Shown here: positions 27,692-41,293 of the stretch, piece after piece
Numbering within the stretch: position 1 is the first letter of the stretch
Layout of the letters: each line of letters begins with the position of its first letter
Assembly (NCBI GenBank): GCA_951406725.2
Contig: OX597824.1
Location: 17,174,001-17,238,000 of the forward strand
DNA from: Octopus vulgaris
Lineage: Eukaryota
Direction of reading: 5' to 3'
DNA length: 64,000 nucleotides
The notes under the pieces: generated by a model
The model's input: the letters and a program-made list of their open reading frames with translations, nothing else
Told to the model about the DNA's origin: nothing
Databases searched by the model: none
Translations under genes and position numbers: made by a program

Positions 27692-27911
27692 CCTTTTACT
27701 CTTTCATTTGTTTCAGTCATTTGACTGCGGCCATGCTGGAGCACCGCCTTTAGTCGAGCAAATCAACACCAGGACTTATTCTTTTGAAGCCTAGTACTTA
27801 TTATATCGGTCTCTTTTGCCGAACTGCTAAGTTACGGGTACGTAAACACACCACCATCGGTTGTCAAGCGATGTTGAGGGGACAAACACAGGCACACAAA
27901 CAAATACAGAC

Positions 27912-27915
<4 letters not shown>
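27692..27915 (-). mobile_element. SINE family A, 3' half
   Basis: Reverse complement of the 3' half; runs into (TACA)n. Confidence 0.85.
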
Positions 27916-27943
<28 letters not shown>

Positions 27944-27944
27944 T

Positions 27945-27976
<32 letters not shown>

Positions 27977-27990
27977 CATACATACATACA

Positions 27991-28021
<31 letters not shown>

Positions 28022-28892
28022 GCATATATATATATACATACATACATACTTGCGCACCCACCACAAACACATATATTAATAGTTTGGTATATGGTTGTAA
28101 TATGTTACAATCAGAAAGACATTGCGTATTGTCCTTGACATGTGACATATGCCGACATTTCCTCTGTTGTATCACTTTTGGTGCTTTCTGCCAATTAAAA
28201 TATGAAGAAAGTTCAAATACTTATTATTATGTGTTCCAGCTTTCTTCTTTGATCTACCAAACTTACGCACAAACACCTGAGCTAAAACACCTGTGCTTCA
28301 AAAATCTATACTTATACTCATACATATATACCACTGCCCCAAGTGCAAACATATCAACCCACATAGATTCAATTTGTTATAAGTGTTAGCTGGGTAATTT
28401 TTAGAGTCAAAAATGTCGGATAGAAGATTTTCCCTTATACGTATTTCGTTCTGAGTACAAACCTTGCGAATTACAAACTTTCTATGCTAATAAATATAAA
28501 ACTAAACTATTGTAGTGCATTGGTACAACTGTCAGGGAATCAAAACTGCTGAGTTTCGATACCTGTCCCTTTTTCCGTTTTCAATGTAAATTTTACCCTG
28601 TTGTCAACGGCCACATTTCGGGGTATGGTGACCCTTGCTGGTTATCTAAGCATAATAAACCTTCAACTTTCAGGGAAACGCAGTAGCCCGTACATCAATA
28701 TCTTTGTTAAACCAATAGAAAATTAAAACGGGTGGACCTTACATAAATATACAAATAAAAACATTTATTATAAATGTGTATATGTGTTTTCGTGGGTATG
28801 TGTGTGCATGCATATGTCCTTCTCTCCCTCTCTTTTCCCCCTCTCTCTGCCTACAAATGTATATATATATATATATATGTATACACACATAT

Positions 28893-28935
<43 letters not shown>

Positions 28936-28972
28936 TATAAATATATATGTATATATATATATATATATATAC

Positions 28973-29055
<83 letters not shown>

Positions 29056-29756
29056 CATATATCTGTTTGTGTGTGTGTGTATGTGTTCAAATCTGTAGAT
29101 CAGACGGGATTAACAGAACTGAAAACACGCTATGCACGTAACATAATCGGTCCATGATTATTTATAAATACACGTATGTGCATCTTTGTGCTTTCGTCCG
29201 TGCGTGTATATACGTATGTGCACAAGATGTAAATGAATAACCAACACCGGCTCGTGGATGAATAGCTTCTCTTAATAGAATGTTTGGTGTCAATGTCGGA
29301 CCAATAGTTTCTTACTGACACTTCGCAGTTATTGAACCGTAGATTGTTTGCCTTGCAAGTATGGCTCCTATGTCAGGCTTATTCAAATTGCAGTTGAATA
29401 CTTGGAAAGATTCATCATGAATCACATAGCAACACCTATCATTCATTACACACATATTCACATACACATATACAAAGATATATATGTAGATATACCTCTC
29501 TCTTTCCCTACACACAAATAGGTATGCATATATATATATATATTTATATATATAAATATACATACACACAGGCACACTTATATATATATATATATATATA
29601 GATATATATACCTATGTGTTCATTGTTACATCATGCAAGCGTGCATGCGTTTCTATATGTGAATGTGTATAAGTGGAATTCGAAAGTGGAATCTGTTGAA
29701 GTAGGTGCATATGCGTATGTAGTGTAAGGAAATAAATAGCTATGCCCCCTTATGCG

Positions 29757-29813
<57 letters not shown>

Positions 29814-29920
29814 CTATGGTCTTACCACTAAGAAATGTTCACCCTTCATTTTAAATTTATATATATATATACATATATATGTATATATATAAATATATAT
29901 ATATACATATATATATATAT

Positions 29921-29992
<72 letters not shown>

Positions 29993-30135
29993 TTACATAT
30001 ACAGATACGTATTGATGTTTGACTTACGTTAAGCTATATACAAAAACAATTTAACATTAAACTGAAAAAGTTATCAATGATTTTTTGCGGTCTACATGCT
30101 TATTAAACATATACAAGAATTCTGGTGACATTGGA

Positions 30136-30170
30136 TTCGATGTTTCGGCCTAGTAGCCATCGTCAGGCTT
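30136..30170 (-). ncRNA. Hammerhead core remnant
   Basis: Minus strand reads CTGACGA T GGCT ACTA GGCC GAAA CA TC; helix I pairing is poor. Confidence 0.4.
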
Positions 30171-30256
30171 GACATAATCGTATGAATATCTCAAATACAC
30201 ATGCCAACCACACACATACACAGGCAGGTACATACATACGTATATACTGTGCATAA

Positions 30257-30312
<56 letters not shown>

Positions 30313-31021
30313 GTACATTTATGTATTTGAATGAAGACATAGGTTTATGACGATGGAATGCAAAAAGCTGTATGAAATTTCATAGGTTTAGCACAGATTC
30401 TATACGCAGCAAGTAATTTCTCTCAATTTTTATCAGTAAACAACAAAACAAACCTCACATCAAACTACAACACTCACACACACTTCTATATTTATACACA
30501 AATTCACGCTTCGCCCACAAACAAATATTTCATGTCGCAATGAAGGACAAATATTATTTAGAGTTTGCAATACGTTATACGACATTGCTGTTTAGGGGGT
30601 ATTTTTTGATGTGGGTATTGCTGGTTCTCAATAATGCGCTATTCAAACACCATACGCTTCTATCTACTCTACACATTTTTTTTTTTATAATTCTCGATCA
30701 TATTCTACCCTCTTCGTCTATTCTAATCTATTCTATTTTATTCTATTCAATTACACTTTCTTTACGCATGCTTTAAAAAATGCTACGAATATTAATCAAT
30801 ATGGTCGCATTACATCCCAAACTCACTACGCATTAACTACAAGGTCATTGCGCTTACGTCACTTCCTGAACAGAATTAAAAGCTTGTTAGCAAAACTTTT
30901 TCCCCATTGATTATTTAAAAACTCACGCAGCCACACGCATTTAATTCATACATACATTCAAGCATACGCCTGCATTTATATATATACATACATATACATA
31001 TATACATATATACATATATAT

Positions 31022-31112
<91 letters not shown>

Positions 31113-32323
31113 TATATATATATGTGTGTGTATATGTATATATATGTTGTTATTTATTTATTTATTTAGTTCTCTATTTTCTTCTCCAATAGAATAAAGA
31201 AGACACTCACTCTACAAAACCATTAACCGATAATCAGAAAATAGCCGTGCTAGGTTCGCCTTCAGGAACAGCTACCTTAAAATACACTTAAAACCACAAA
31301 TATGCATTCTGAATTCTTATTTTTCCGTTGGAAGGTTCAAATTGCATCAGAAATCAACTTGCAGAAGTAAACTGATTCATGAGAGGTGTGTATTTTTAAA
31401 TTTTTCTCTTTTATATTTTTGTATGCGCATTTTTCGATTTTTTTTTTTTTTTTTGTATTTCTAATTTTTCTTTCTCATATTTTCTATCTTTTTTTTTTCT
31501 CCCCGTTTGCTCTTCCATATTTTTTTTTTCATAACCTGCTGTTATGCTGTGTATCCGTTTTCTTTCTATATTTCTTTCTTGCATTATACTTTCTTTTCAT
31601 TTTTCTTCTTCTTCTTCTTCTTCTTCTTCTTCTTCTTCTTCTTCTTCTTCTTTTCCTTTTCCTTCTTCTCTCTGTCAGTCTGCAGTTCTCATTCGCTCCA
31701 ATGCATTCACTCACTCCTTTACCCTACATATATTTCAATCTCCTTCCTTCCTTCTTTCTTTCCTCCTTTCTTTCTCTCTCCACTTCTCCTCACACCACTC
31801 CCAGTTTCCTTTCTCCACTCCGACGCCACTACCTTAGATAAATCACCTTGGATATCCACGAGCGTCTTAGCATCATGTTCGATGCCGCATTCTTTTTGCC
31901 TTACCATCTCCTGGTGCTGTGGTTCTTGTTATGTTATTGTTGTTGTTGTTCTTCTTCTTGTTGTTGTTCGCGCTGATGCTAGTCATTGTGTACCTTGTGA
32001 TCATGTGTGTGTATATGTATGTATATATATATATATATGTAGATACATACATACACACATATATACATATATATATATATATACACATATACATATATAT
32101 AAATACATATATATATACACATGTATATGCACATATGTGTATATACAAATATATATATATTCATATATATATATATATACATATATATACATATATATGT
32201 ATATACATATATATATATATACATATATATTCATATATATACATATATATATACATATATATATATGTATATACATATATATATGCATATATATATATAT
32301 ACATATACACACATACATACATA

Positions 32324-32382
<59 letters not shown>

Positions 32383-32499
32383 CATGTGTGTTTGTGAGTG
32401 TGGGTGTAATTTTTCCCGGTTACTTTTTATCCCTTTTATACTTATTTAGCATCTTTTTTTTTTTCATTTTAACATCCAAATTCCCTCGACTCTTCTTCC

Positions 32500-32730
32500 G
32501 TCATCACCACCACCATCACCTCCACCACGGCCCTATGACTCCTACCGCCGCTGCTGCCTCCCACCGACACTAACACTAACACTACCGGTACCACAACCAT
32601 CACCAACGCCGACAAAAACCCACCGTCATCGCCGATGTCAAACCCACACCCACCACCACCACCACCACCTCCACCACCAACACCATTACCACGATCAGTA
32701 CCACCACCGACGTTACTAACGCAGTCATCG

Positions 32731-32761
<31 letters not shown>

Positions 32762-32860
32762 CACTATCTCTACCAACACCATAATCAGAGCCACAACAAC
32801 AACCACCACCACCACCATCACCACAACCAACACCGCCTTCGTCATCGGTACCATCTTCAC
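32500..32860. repeat. Compound (CAC)/(CAT)/(CAA) trinucleotide tract
   Basis: Directly visible. Confidence 0.9.
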
Positions 32861-34003
32861 TACTTTGAAGCTCTTTAAAGCCCGCCCTTCACACCAAAAA
32901 CTTCACAATTCCGTAATCGATATTAAACCTAATTCTACCATCATAACAACCAACAAGAGTAGCTTACCATTATACATGCAAGTACTGCATATGGAAGCGC
33001 TGTAACCTGCTTCTCCACTAACAACAACACCAACAGCAACAATAACAACAATATGCGATGAGCCAACAACGGTTCAATACATGGTGGAAGAACCTGCTAG
33101 AAATAGTAGCCATATAGCCCACAAATCATACATACAACAGCATCTAAAAACGAAAGCAGGTACTCATTGGTATGAATTGAGTGCATTTTTATTATGAATC
33201 TCTTAGATCAACTTTTGTTTATCATTTACTACAATAACAACAACAACAATATAAGCTAGTTGATGATCAAGGCATCCACAGCGTCGACCACAGAAATGGC
33301 TTTGATAAGACAGCAATGAATTAAAAGTCACTTCACTATTAATAAGATCACTAACAATCAATAACTCTGAATCGGATGCTCGGTGGAGTAGTTAGTCGCG
33401 TTACTTAATCTATAGCCACAGAGGGAGAGAGGTAGAGAGGAAGTGAGAAGGTGCAGATAAAGGTGGGGGATGAGGGTGATGGAATGGGTGGAGGAAGATG
33501 TGATGGGGGAGAAAGAGAGAGAGATAAAGAAAGAGAGAGTTAAGTGAAAGTCGCTTCGACCCCAGCGCTAGTTCAAGTAATGCGTAAAGACGCGTGCTTA
33601 AATATTGATTTCCAGTACAGGCACAATGCCATGGATTTGGGGAAAGGAACAGTCGATTAGATCAACCCCCATGACTAGAATGGCATTAAATTTATCGACT
33701 CAAAGAGTAAAAAAAAAAAAAAAAAAAAAAAAATTCGAAGTGAACCATGGTGGTATTTGAACCTGGGACGTACCGGAATGAAACTTAACAACAAGAATAG
33801 TTTCATGTGAAAAGTTTCCTGTTTCTCCATCGGACGTCATATTAATAGACACGCGCATGCGTCCACACATGCATACACAACTATTAGTATTATCTGCATT
33901 AACCAAAGAGCCATATTTTATTATTACTTTTTTTTTTCTGGAAAGGTTCGTCGATTTTAACCAATTATATTTATCAACAACTTGAATGGTATTTATTTTA
34001 TCG

Positions 34004-34607
34004 AAGGCGGCGAGCTGGCAGAAACTTTAGCACGCCAGGCGAAATGCTTAGCAATATTTCGTCTGCCGCTACGTTCTCAGTTCAAATTCCGCCGAGGTCG
34101 ACTTTGCCTTTCATCCTTTCGGGGTCGATTAAATAAGAACCAGTTACGCACTGGGGGCGATATAATCGACTTAATCCGCTTGTCTGTCCTTATTTGGCTT
34201 CTCTGTGTTTAGCCTCCTGTGGGTAGTAAAGAAATAGGTATTTCGTCCGCCGCTACGTCCTGAGTTCAAATTCCGCCGAGGTCGACTTTGCCTTTCATCC
34301 TTTCAGGGTCGATTAAATAAAGTACTAGCTACGCACTGGCGTCGATATAATCGACTTAATACGTTTGTCTGTCCTTATTTGTCTTCTCTGTGTTTAGCCC
34401 CCTGTGGGTAGTAAAGAAATAGGTATTTCGTCCGCCGCTACGTCCTGAGTTCAAATTCCGCCGAGGTCGACTTTGCCTTTCATCCTTTCGGGGTCGATTA
34501 AATAAGTACCAGTTACGCACTGGCGTCGATATAATCGACTTAATACGTTTGTCTGTCCTTGTTTGTCCTCTCTGTGTTTAGCCCCTTGTGGGTAGTAAAG
34601 AAATAGG
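34004..34607 (+). mobile_element. SINE family C (Meta-domain-like) with three tandem ~185-bp body units
   Basis: Head GGCGGCGAGCTGGCAGAA. Units start at TATTTCGTC (34055, 34239, 34424); each contains GAGTTCAAATTCC (CAG in unit 1) and GTCGACTTTGCCTTTCATCCTTTC(G/A)GGGTCGATTAAATAA. Confidence 0.9.
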
Positions 34608-34611
34608 TTTT

Positions 34612-34970
34612 TTTATTCATCGACCGTGAATTGATGAGAGACAAAGTTGACATCGGTGGGATTTGAACTTGAAGAGCCAGAAGAAATGTTGTTTAGTATA
34701 TTCTCTAAGGAGCGAACGATTCTGCCAGGTCGCTACCCTTTTTTTTTTTTTTTTTAACAAAGCTTTCTAAAATAGGGACAGGGCTTGAAATATTAGGGGA
34801 GATAAATAATCGATTATATCGATCTCTGTGCTCCTCTGGGGTTCAATTTATCGACCCGAACCACGGACAAAGTAAGCCCACCTCAGCGGAATTTGAACTC
34901 TGAATGTAAAGACGGATGAAAAGTTATTAATCATTTTGTCCGGTGTGCAACCGATTCTGTCCGCTCGCCG
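34612..34970 (-). mobile_element. Two diverged SINE family C copies
   Basis: TCGACC..GACAAAGT..GG(G/A)ATTTGAACT..CGATTCTG.C...TCGC occurs twice; the second copy has the alternative tail (..AAATAGGGACAGGGCTTGAAAT). Confidence 0.7.
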
Positions 34971-35316
34971 GTTGTGCTGCGTCTTAATAAAGATGATTTC
35001 ATATTTTTGTTACAAAGACATCAATTTTGAGAGGAAGGGAATTCGATTACACAGATCCGTTATCAGCTGGTACATATTTTATTGACTCCGTAATTACGAA
35101 AGGGGAAACAACTTATTTTTGAAGGCATTTGAGTGCTGGAGGAAACGCCGCATTTTGTTCGACGAACTACAAATTCAGCACGATTTGTGTTTCTTCCCAC
35201 AAATGTTTTTTGCGACATCCGTCCTGTAATGTTATCATTCGTTAGATGGATTTCTAAAATATATACAAGATAACTGAGGGGAAAATAACCACTGAGAAAA
35301 GGAAAATAATAGACAT

Positions 35317-35739
35317 AGGCGCAGGAGTGGCTATGTGGTAAGTAGATTGCTAACCAGCCACATGGTTTAGGGTTCAGTCCCACTGCGCGGCATCTTGGGC
35401 AAGTGTCTTCTGCTATAGCCCCGGGCCGACCAATGCCTTGTGAGTGGATTTGGTAGACGGAAACTGAAAGAAGCCTGTCGTATATATGTATATATATATG
35501 TGTGTGTGTATGTGTTTATGTGTATGTGTTTGTGTGTCTGTGTCTGTCCCCCTAGCATTGCTGGACAACCGATGCTGGTGTGTTTATGTCTCCGTAACTT
35601 AGCGGTTTCGCAAAAGAGACCGATAGAATAAGTACTGGGCTTACAAAGAATAAGTCCCGGGATCGATTTGCTCGTCTAAAGGCGGTGCTCCAGCATGGCC
35701 GCAGTCAAATGACTGAAACAAGTAAAAGAGTGTAAGAGT
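35317..35739 (+). mobile_element. SINE family A, full length, flanked by a ~53-bp direct repeat
   Basis: Full family A sequence; flanks 35267-35319 and 35740-35793 are near-identical. Confidence 0.92.
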
Positions 35740-35927
35740 AAGATAACTGAGGTGAAAATTACCACTGAGAAAAGGAAAAATAATAGACATAGGACCAATG
35801 ATAGGATACATTACTCTTTCAAAATACAGCAACATTTGTTTCGACACATGCTTCAGAATATGTAAAAATGTAATTAGGTTTTAATTTATCAAGTTAAATG
35901 GGAATCGCGGAGTGTGAGAAGCATCAG

Positions 35928-36455
35928 AGGCGAAATGCTTAGCGGTATTTCATCTGCCGTTAGGTTCTGAGTTCAAATTCCGCCGAGGTCGATTTACCTT
36001 TCATCCTTTCGGGTCGATTAAATAAGTACCAGTTACGCACTGGGCTCGATGTAATCGACTTAATCCATTTGTCTATCCTTGTTTGTCCCCTCGGATTTTT
36101 ACCTTTAGACCGACAGATTTAAAAAATTATTTTTTGTAAATAAAAACTTTCAAACTTCGGACACTGGTAGAATGTGTCCTATAAAACATCTTTTATTCTT
36201 AGCGTTTTTGAGAAAAGCTTATATTTAGGAAGTTATTTCACGTTAAAGTTGTCGTATTCCGGTAATTTCAACCAATCAATGACGTATATTCAGCCGAATA
36301 AAATTACTGCTGTTGTTTGTCAACAACAATCGGCGGTGTATTTTTCGTTTGTCACTGTTATTTATGACACCGTTCGCGCGTTTGTACTGGTTTTAGCTTT
36401 AAGGTTTCAGTGTAAAGATCCGTCCCCTCTATGTTTAGCTCCTTGTGGGTAATAA
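35928..36455 (+). mobile_element. SINE family C interrupted by a DNA element
   Basis: Family C body to ..GTTTGTCCCCT (36091), resuming at TCCCCTCTATGTTTAGC (36423). Confidence 0.85.
36092..36422. mobile_element. 331-bp non-autonomous DNA transposon, 11-bp TIR, 6-bp TSD
   Basis: Ends CGGATTTTTAC and GTAAAGATCCG. TSD TCCCCT at 36086-36091 and 36423-36428; the empty site is reconstructable from other family C copies. Confidence 0.8.
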
Positions 36456-36619
36456 AAAAAAAATTATTATTATGAAGAGAAATTAGAAGTTAATATAGTA
36501 ACACATGGTGGGCATAAATAATGTGCTTGGCTACTTTGATTTGAAAGAATAAAAGATAAGATTAATAAAGCCCGCAGATATGTGTAGTTGAAATAATTAC
36601 CTATACTGAAGTATAATAT

Positions 36620-36832
36620 CGGGTTCAAATTTGGCCACAATGCCAGCTATTTCTAGGGAAGTCGCAAGTCGATTTCATCGAACTTAGTTTTCAACTGGCA
36701 CTTTTTTTATCGACCCCTAAAGGATGAAAGATAACGTCGACCTCGGCGGAATGTGAACTCAGAACGTAAAGACAGATGAACTACCGCGAAACATTTTGCC
36801 CGGCGCAGTGGCGATTCTGTCAGCTAGATGCC
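36620..36832 (-). mobile_element. SINE family C, diverged, alternative tail
   Basis: ATCGACCCCTAAAGGATGAAAG..GTCGACCTCGGCGGAATGTGAACTCAGAACG. Confidence 0.8.
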
Positions 36833-37508
36833 TCCTACTGAAGTGTGATATAAACCACTGACTACTGAAAGCGACCCCTAGATTTCCTTCACCAGAACTA
36901 TATATTCTTGTATGCTACACTCCCGTATCATATATGTAGTAGCATGAATTGCTTTCGAATTGAAACTGGTTATTCTTCTCTTTTTCTGTTCATGATATTT
37001 CTATGGTCAATTTGATATTTAGAGGCCGGTTGGAAGAAATTTTCTTTTCAGTGTAACCGCAATATTAAACTAATATTTCTATCAGATTTTCAAATTTAAA
37101 TAATTCGAATTTTATTTTTTAAATAAATATTTTTTCACAAATAACCTTTATAAATATTTAATTTCAACTACCTGTCTTAAGTGATCCATCCGCTATTATA
37201 CTTTCCTTTTGTGTCAAAAAAAAACTTTATTTCTTTTTACATTTTTCTTTTATTAAATCCATGCTGATATTCATTCCAGAATACAAGGATTGACTTCACA
37301 TATTATATTTTTTTTACAACGCTATCCAAATATAAAGAATGACATTTCGTTTAGTTGCTCCTATTCAATGGGTTCGTTTTCAAGATATGATAATATAGAA
37401 ATAAAAGAACGGAAAAAATATTATGACAAAAGAAATAAGAAACTACTACTACTACTACTACAACTACTACTACTACAAATAATATTAATACTAATGATTA
37501 TGATGATG

Positions 37509-37574
<66 letters not shown>

Positions 37575-37850
37575 CAAAAAATAAATAAAGGAAACGTAAA
37601 AATAAAAGAGACAATCGTAGACGATTACTATAATTACATGAAAACATCTTGTGTGATGTGGTGGTAATTAAACTAAAATGCCAGTAAATGTCTCCAATTT
37701 TACATGGGAATGCAGTACCGAAGCTCCAAGACAAAAGATAAAAAGCTCGACATGACATTCATGTTGGTTGGAATTCCATCTACATTATATCGTGTCTCTC
37801 AGTGTGTAATCCACCTACTGAGGAAGAATACAGAAAGACAGACATATATG

Positions 37851-37901
<51 letters not shown>

Positions 37902-38297
37902 GTATGAAATATGTAATGCCTACACATAGATATATATCATCTCATATATATATACACATACACCCTTCTACACCCGTTTACAACCACATACTCATGTCAT
38001 CATATGTACCAACCCATATCCACTCAAACAACAAAGTGAGCATATACATATAAATATATATTTATGCATATACATGTGTATATATATATTTATACATGTA
38101 TATATATATATGTATATATGTATTTATGTGCGTATATATATATATATATATATAGCTATACACACACATATATATATATATATACGTATATATATTACCA
38201 TATCTATAATATGGATGTATACACAATATATATGCGTACTTCCTTAAATATGTATACATATGTACGTATGTGCATGATTTTTAGACGTGGTTGTGTA

Positions 38298-38341
<44 letters not shown>

Positions 38342-38927
38342 TGTGTGTGCGTGTGTATGCTGATGTGTTTGAATGCCGGAGCTTTTATGTCATAATTCAA
38401 TAAACATTTCATATTTTTTTCAATATTTACTTGTGATTTCGTATACTTAAAAAAAAATTGTCTTTTACAATTTTTTAAATTTTGTGGTTGAAAGATATTA
38501 AAAGATGGATTTTGTTAACAGAGAGATGATGTTTTAGATTTAAGTGACTTTATCAGCAAGATGCCTTAGATATGTGTAAAGAGTGTAACGATGGGAAAGT
38601 TGAATCATATTGCAAGAATTTCAGAGATAATGTAACTATTGTAGAGTTCTATTGTGTACTCCAAGAGTGAGACACCACTCTATGCACTGTTGTAGTTGAA
38701 CAAAACAGTAATAACCGATATCAAGAAACTGATTCTCACCTCTTCAGTCACCCCATTCCCCCTATTTCAATGCTATAGTAAAAGGAAATTTCCTGAGGCA
38801 TTTATATACATTTTACCTGACGATTGGACCTTGTCCACTGGAACGTAACAAAAGCGTGAATAATGCTATTTAACCCAGTGAAATTCCTTTTTAATTTGAA
38901 TTTTTGGGCGTATCTTTTGTCTTTAAA

Positions 38928-39330
38928 TTGTTTCAGTCATTAGATTTAGGTCATGCTGGAGCACTACCTTGAATAAGTTTTAGTCGATTGGCTGTATTTC
39001 TTTACGTATGATACTTATTCTATCGGTATCTTCTTTGCGATCCGCTACACACTAATGTTAACACACCAACACCGACTGTCAAACGGCGGTGAGTGGCAAA
39101 CACAGACTCAAAGACACACATACATACAAACACACACACACACGCATACACAAACACGCACACACACACGACGGAGAAGAGCTTCTTCCAATTTCCGTCA
39201 ACCAAATTTACTCACAAAGCTTTGGTAGGCAAGCAGCGATAATAGAAGTTAGTTGCCCAAAGTTCCACGCAGGGAGAATGAACCTGGAACCATGTGGTTG
39301 GGAAGTAAGTTTCTTACCACACAGACACGC
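38928..39330 (-). mobile_element. SINE family A, diverged
   Basis: TGTTTCAGTCAT..CATGCTGGAGCAC through CCATGTGGTTGGGAAG..CTTACCACACAG. Confidence 0.8.
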
Positions 39331-39469
39331 CAAGTTCGCTTCGCAATCTTGTAGTTTCGGTTTCAGTACACCTACGTCACTACGCGTCAAACCTCTTTCA
39401 CTATATACCCTTGCCGACAAATGCCTTCTAAGGAGAAATTTGATTCCAGAAACCTCGAGGTAAAAGGAA

Positions 39470-39479
<10 letters not shown>

Positions 39480-39550
<71 letters not shown>

Positions 39551-39737
39551 GTGTGTTGTGTGTGTGTGTCTGTTGTGTGTGTGTGTGCGTGTGTGTGTGT
39601 GTGCTGTGTGTGTGTTGTGTGTGTGTGCGTGTGTTGTGTGTGTGTCGTGTGTGTGTGTGTGTTGTGTGTGTGTGTGTGCATGTGTTGTGCGTGTGTGTTG
39701 TGTGTGTGTGTGTGCGTGTGTTGTGTGTGTGTGTGTG

Positions 39738-39803
<66 letters not shown>

Positions 39804-39891
39804 GTTGTGTGTGTGTGTGTGTTGTGTGTGTGTGTGTCGTGTGTGTGTTGTGTGTGTGCGTGTGTTGTGTGTGTGTGTGTGTATGTGTGTG
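39480..39891. repeat. ~410-bp interrupted (GT)n microsatellite
   Basis: Directly visible, with recurrent TGTT/GCGT interruptions. Confidence 0.95.
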
Positions 39892-39991
39892 TTCGAGACT
39901 TTGTAGTTCGTTTTTCTCTCCAAACCCTTACAAACAACACTATTTCGTTTATGTTCCGTGTAAATTTAGCGGTTTAACGAGAGATAAAAAT

Positions 39992-40153
39992 AGTGTGGCT
40001 GTATGGTAAGTAGCTTGCTTACGAACCACATGGTAGCGGGGTCAGTCCCTCTGCGTGGCACCTTGGGCAAGTGTCTTCCACTATAGCCTCGGTCCGACCA
40101 AAGCCTTGTGGGTAGATTTAGTAGACGGAAACTGAAAGAAGCCGGTCGTGTAT

Positions 40154-40203
<50 letters not shown>

Positions 40204-40475
40204 AAGTCAAAATGCGATAAAATAAAAATAATTATTATCGCTGGTATTTCTAGCACAAGCCATATATTTTTCATATATCAGTACATTAAGGCGAAATATG
40301 TGCTAGGAACACAGAAGCTAGATAAATTTAGTGAAATGAAGATAAAAACATTTACTAACTCGGTTCCTCTTAGACTGCAGTTTCTTTCTTTTCAGCAATA
40401 AAGATAATTTATTTGCTCAGGGAGAATTCATCGGTAAGAGCCCTGTTGTTCTGAGATCGTAACTCACTAGCAGCA

Positions 40476-40544
<69 letters not shown>

Positions 40545-40760
40545 ATGTTTGTGTGTCTGTGTTTGTCCCCCAACAGCGCTTGACAACCGATGCTGGTGTG
40601 TTTACGTCCCCGTAACTTAGCGGTTCGGCAAAAGAGACCGATAAATTAAGTACTAGGCTTACAAAGAATAAGTCCTGGGGTCGATTTACTCGACTAAAGG
40701 TGGTGCCCCAGCATGGCCACAGTCAAATGATTGAAACAAGAAAAGGAGTAAAAGAGTAAG
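39992..40760 (+). mobile_element. SINE family A split by a ~280-bp insert in its internal (TA)n
   Basis: 5' half at 39992-40150, 3' half at 40545-40760, foreign sequence at 40201-40480. Confidence 0.85.
40367..40440 (-). ncRNA. Type I hammerhead motif with extended helix II, U4C change
   Basis: Minus strand reads CTCTTA CCGATGA ATTCT..AGCAAATAAA TTATC TTTATTGCT..AGAAA GAAA CTGCAG TC TAAGAG. Perfect 6-bp helix I, palindromic ACTGCAGT helix III, GUC triplet. Confidence 0.65.
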
Positions 40761-41039
40761 GGTAGATTTGCTTCACAAGGCTCTTCAAGGCGGCTATGCA
40801 GCAGTCCCAAAGTTTAATGAATGACTGAATTAATGCATTATCTTCGACTATCTTCCTCTGTTGATTTCAAATATAACACATAAACATAAAACTCCATACG
40901 TATATATATTTTCCACGCAGAACACATTTTAAAATAAAAGATTTTGCAAGGCATATAACTCAAATCTTGCAAAATGTAAATTAAGTAAGAAGGTTAATTG
41001 TAGAAAAATTCTCATACAAGTATACACTTATATTCTTAT

Positions 41040-41269
41040 TTTTTTATTTACCACAAGGGGCTAAACATAGAGGGGACAAACAAGGACAGACATAGGTATT
41101 AAGTCGATTACATCGACCCCAGTACGTAACTGGTACTTGATTTATCGACCCCGAAAAGATGAAAGGAATAGTGGACGTCGGCAGAATTTGAACTCAGAAC
41201 GTAACGGCAGACGAAGTGCCGCTAAGCATTTCGCCCGGCGTGCTAATGTTTCTGTCAGCTCGCCGCCTT
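41040..41269 (-). mobile_element. SINE family C, full-length monomer
   Basis: CCACAAGGGGCTAAACA..GGGGACAAAC through ..CAGCTCGCCGCCTT. Confidence 0.88.
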
Positions 41270-41293
41270 ATATTCTTACGCACATAAACCGTA

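Noticed and set aside
28560-28740. Faint resemblance to a Helitron/PIF1 helicase motif on the minus strand
   Set aside because: Needs several frameshifts and substitutions; not supportable by eye.
34055-34607. CRISPR-like regular repeats
   Set aside because: Units are contiguous ~185-bp SINE bodies with no unique spacers, and the DNA is eukaryotic with no cas genes.
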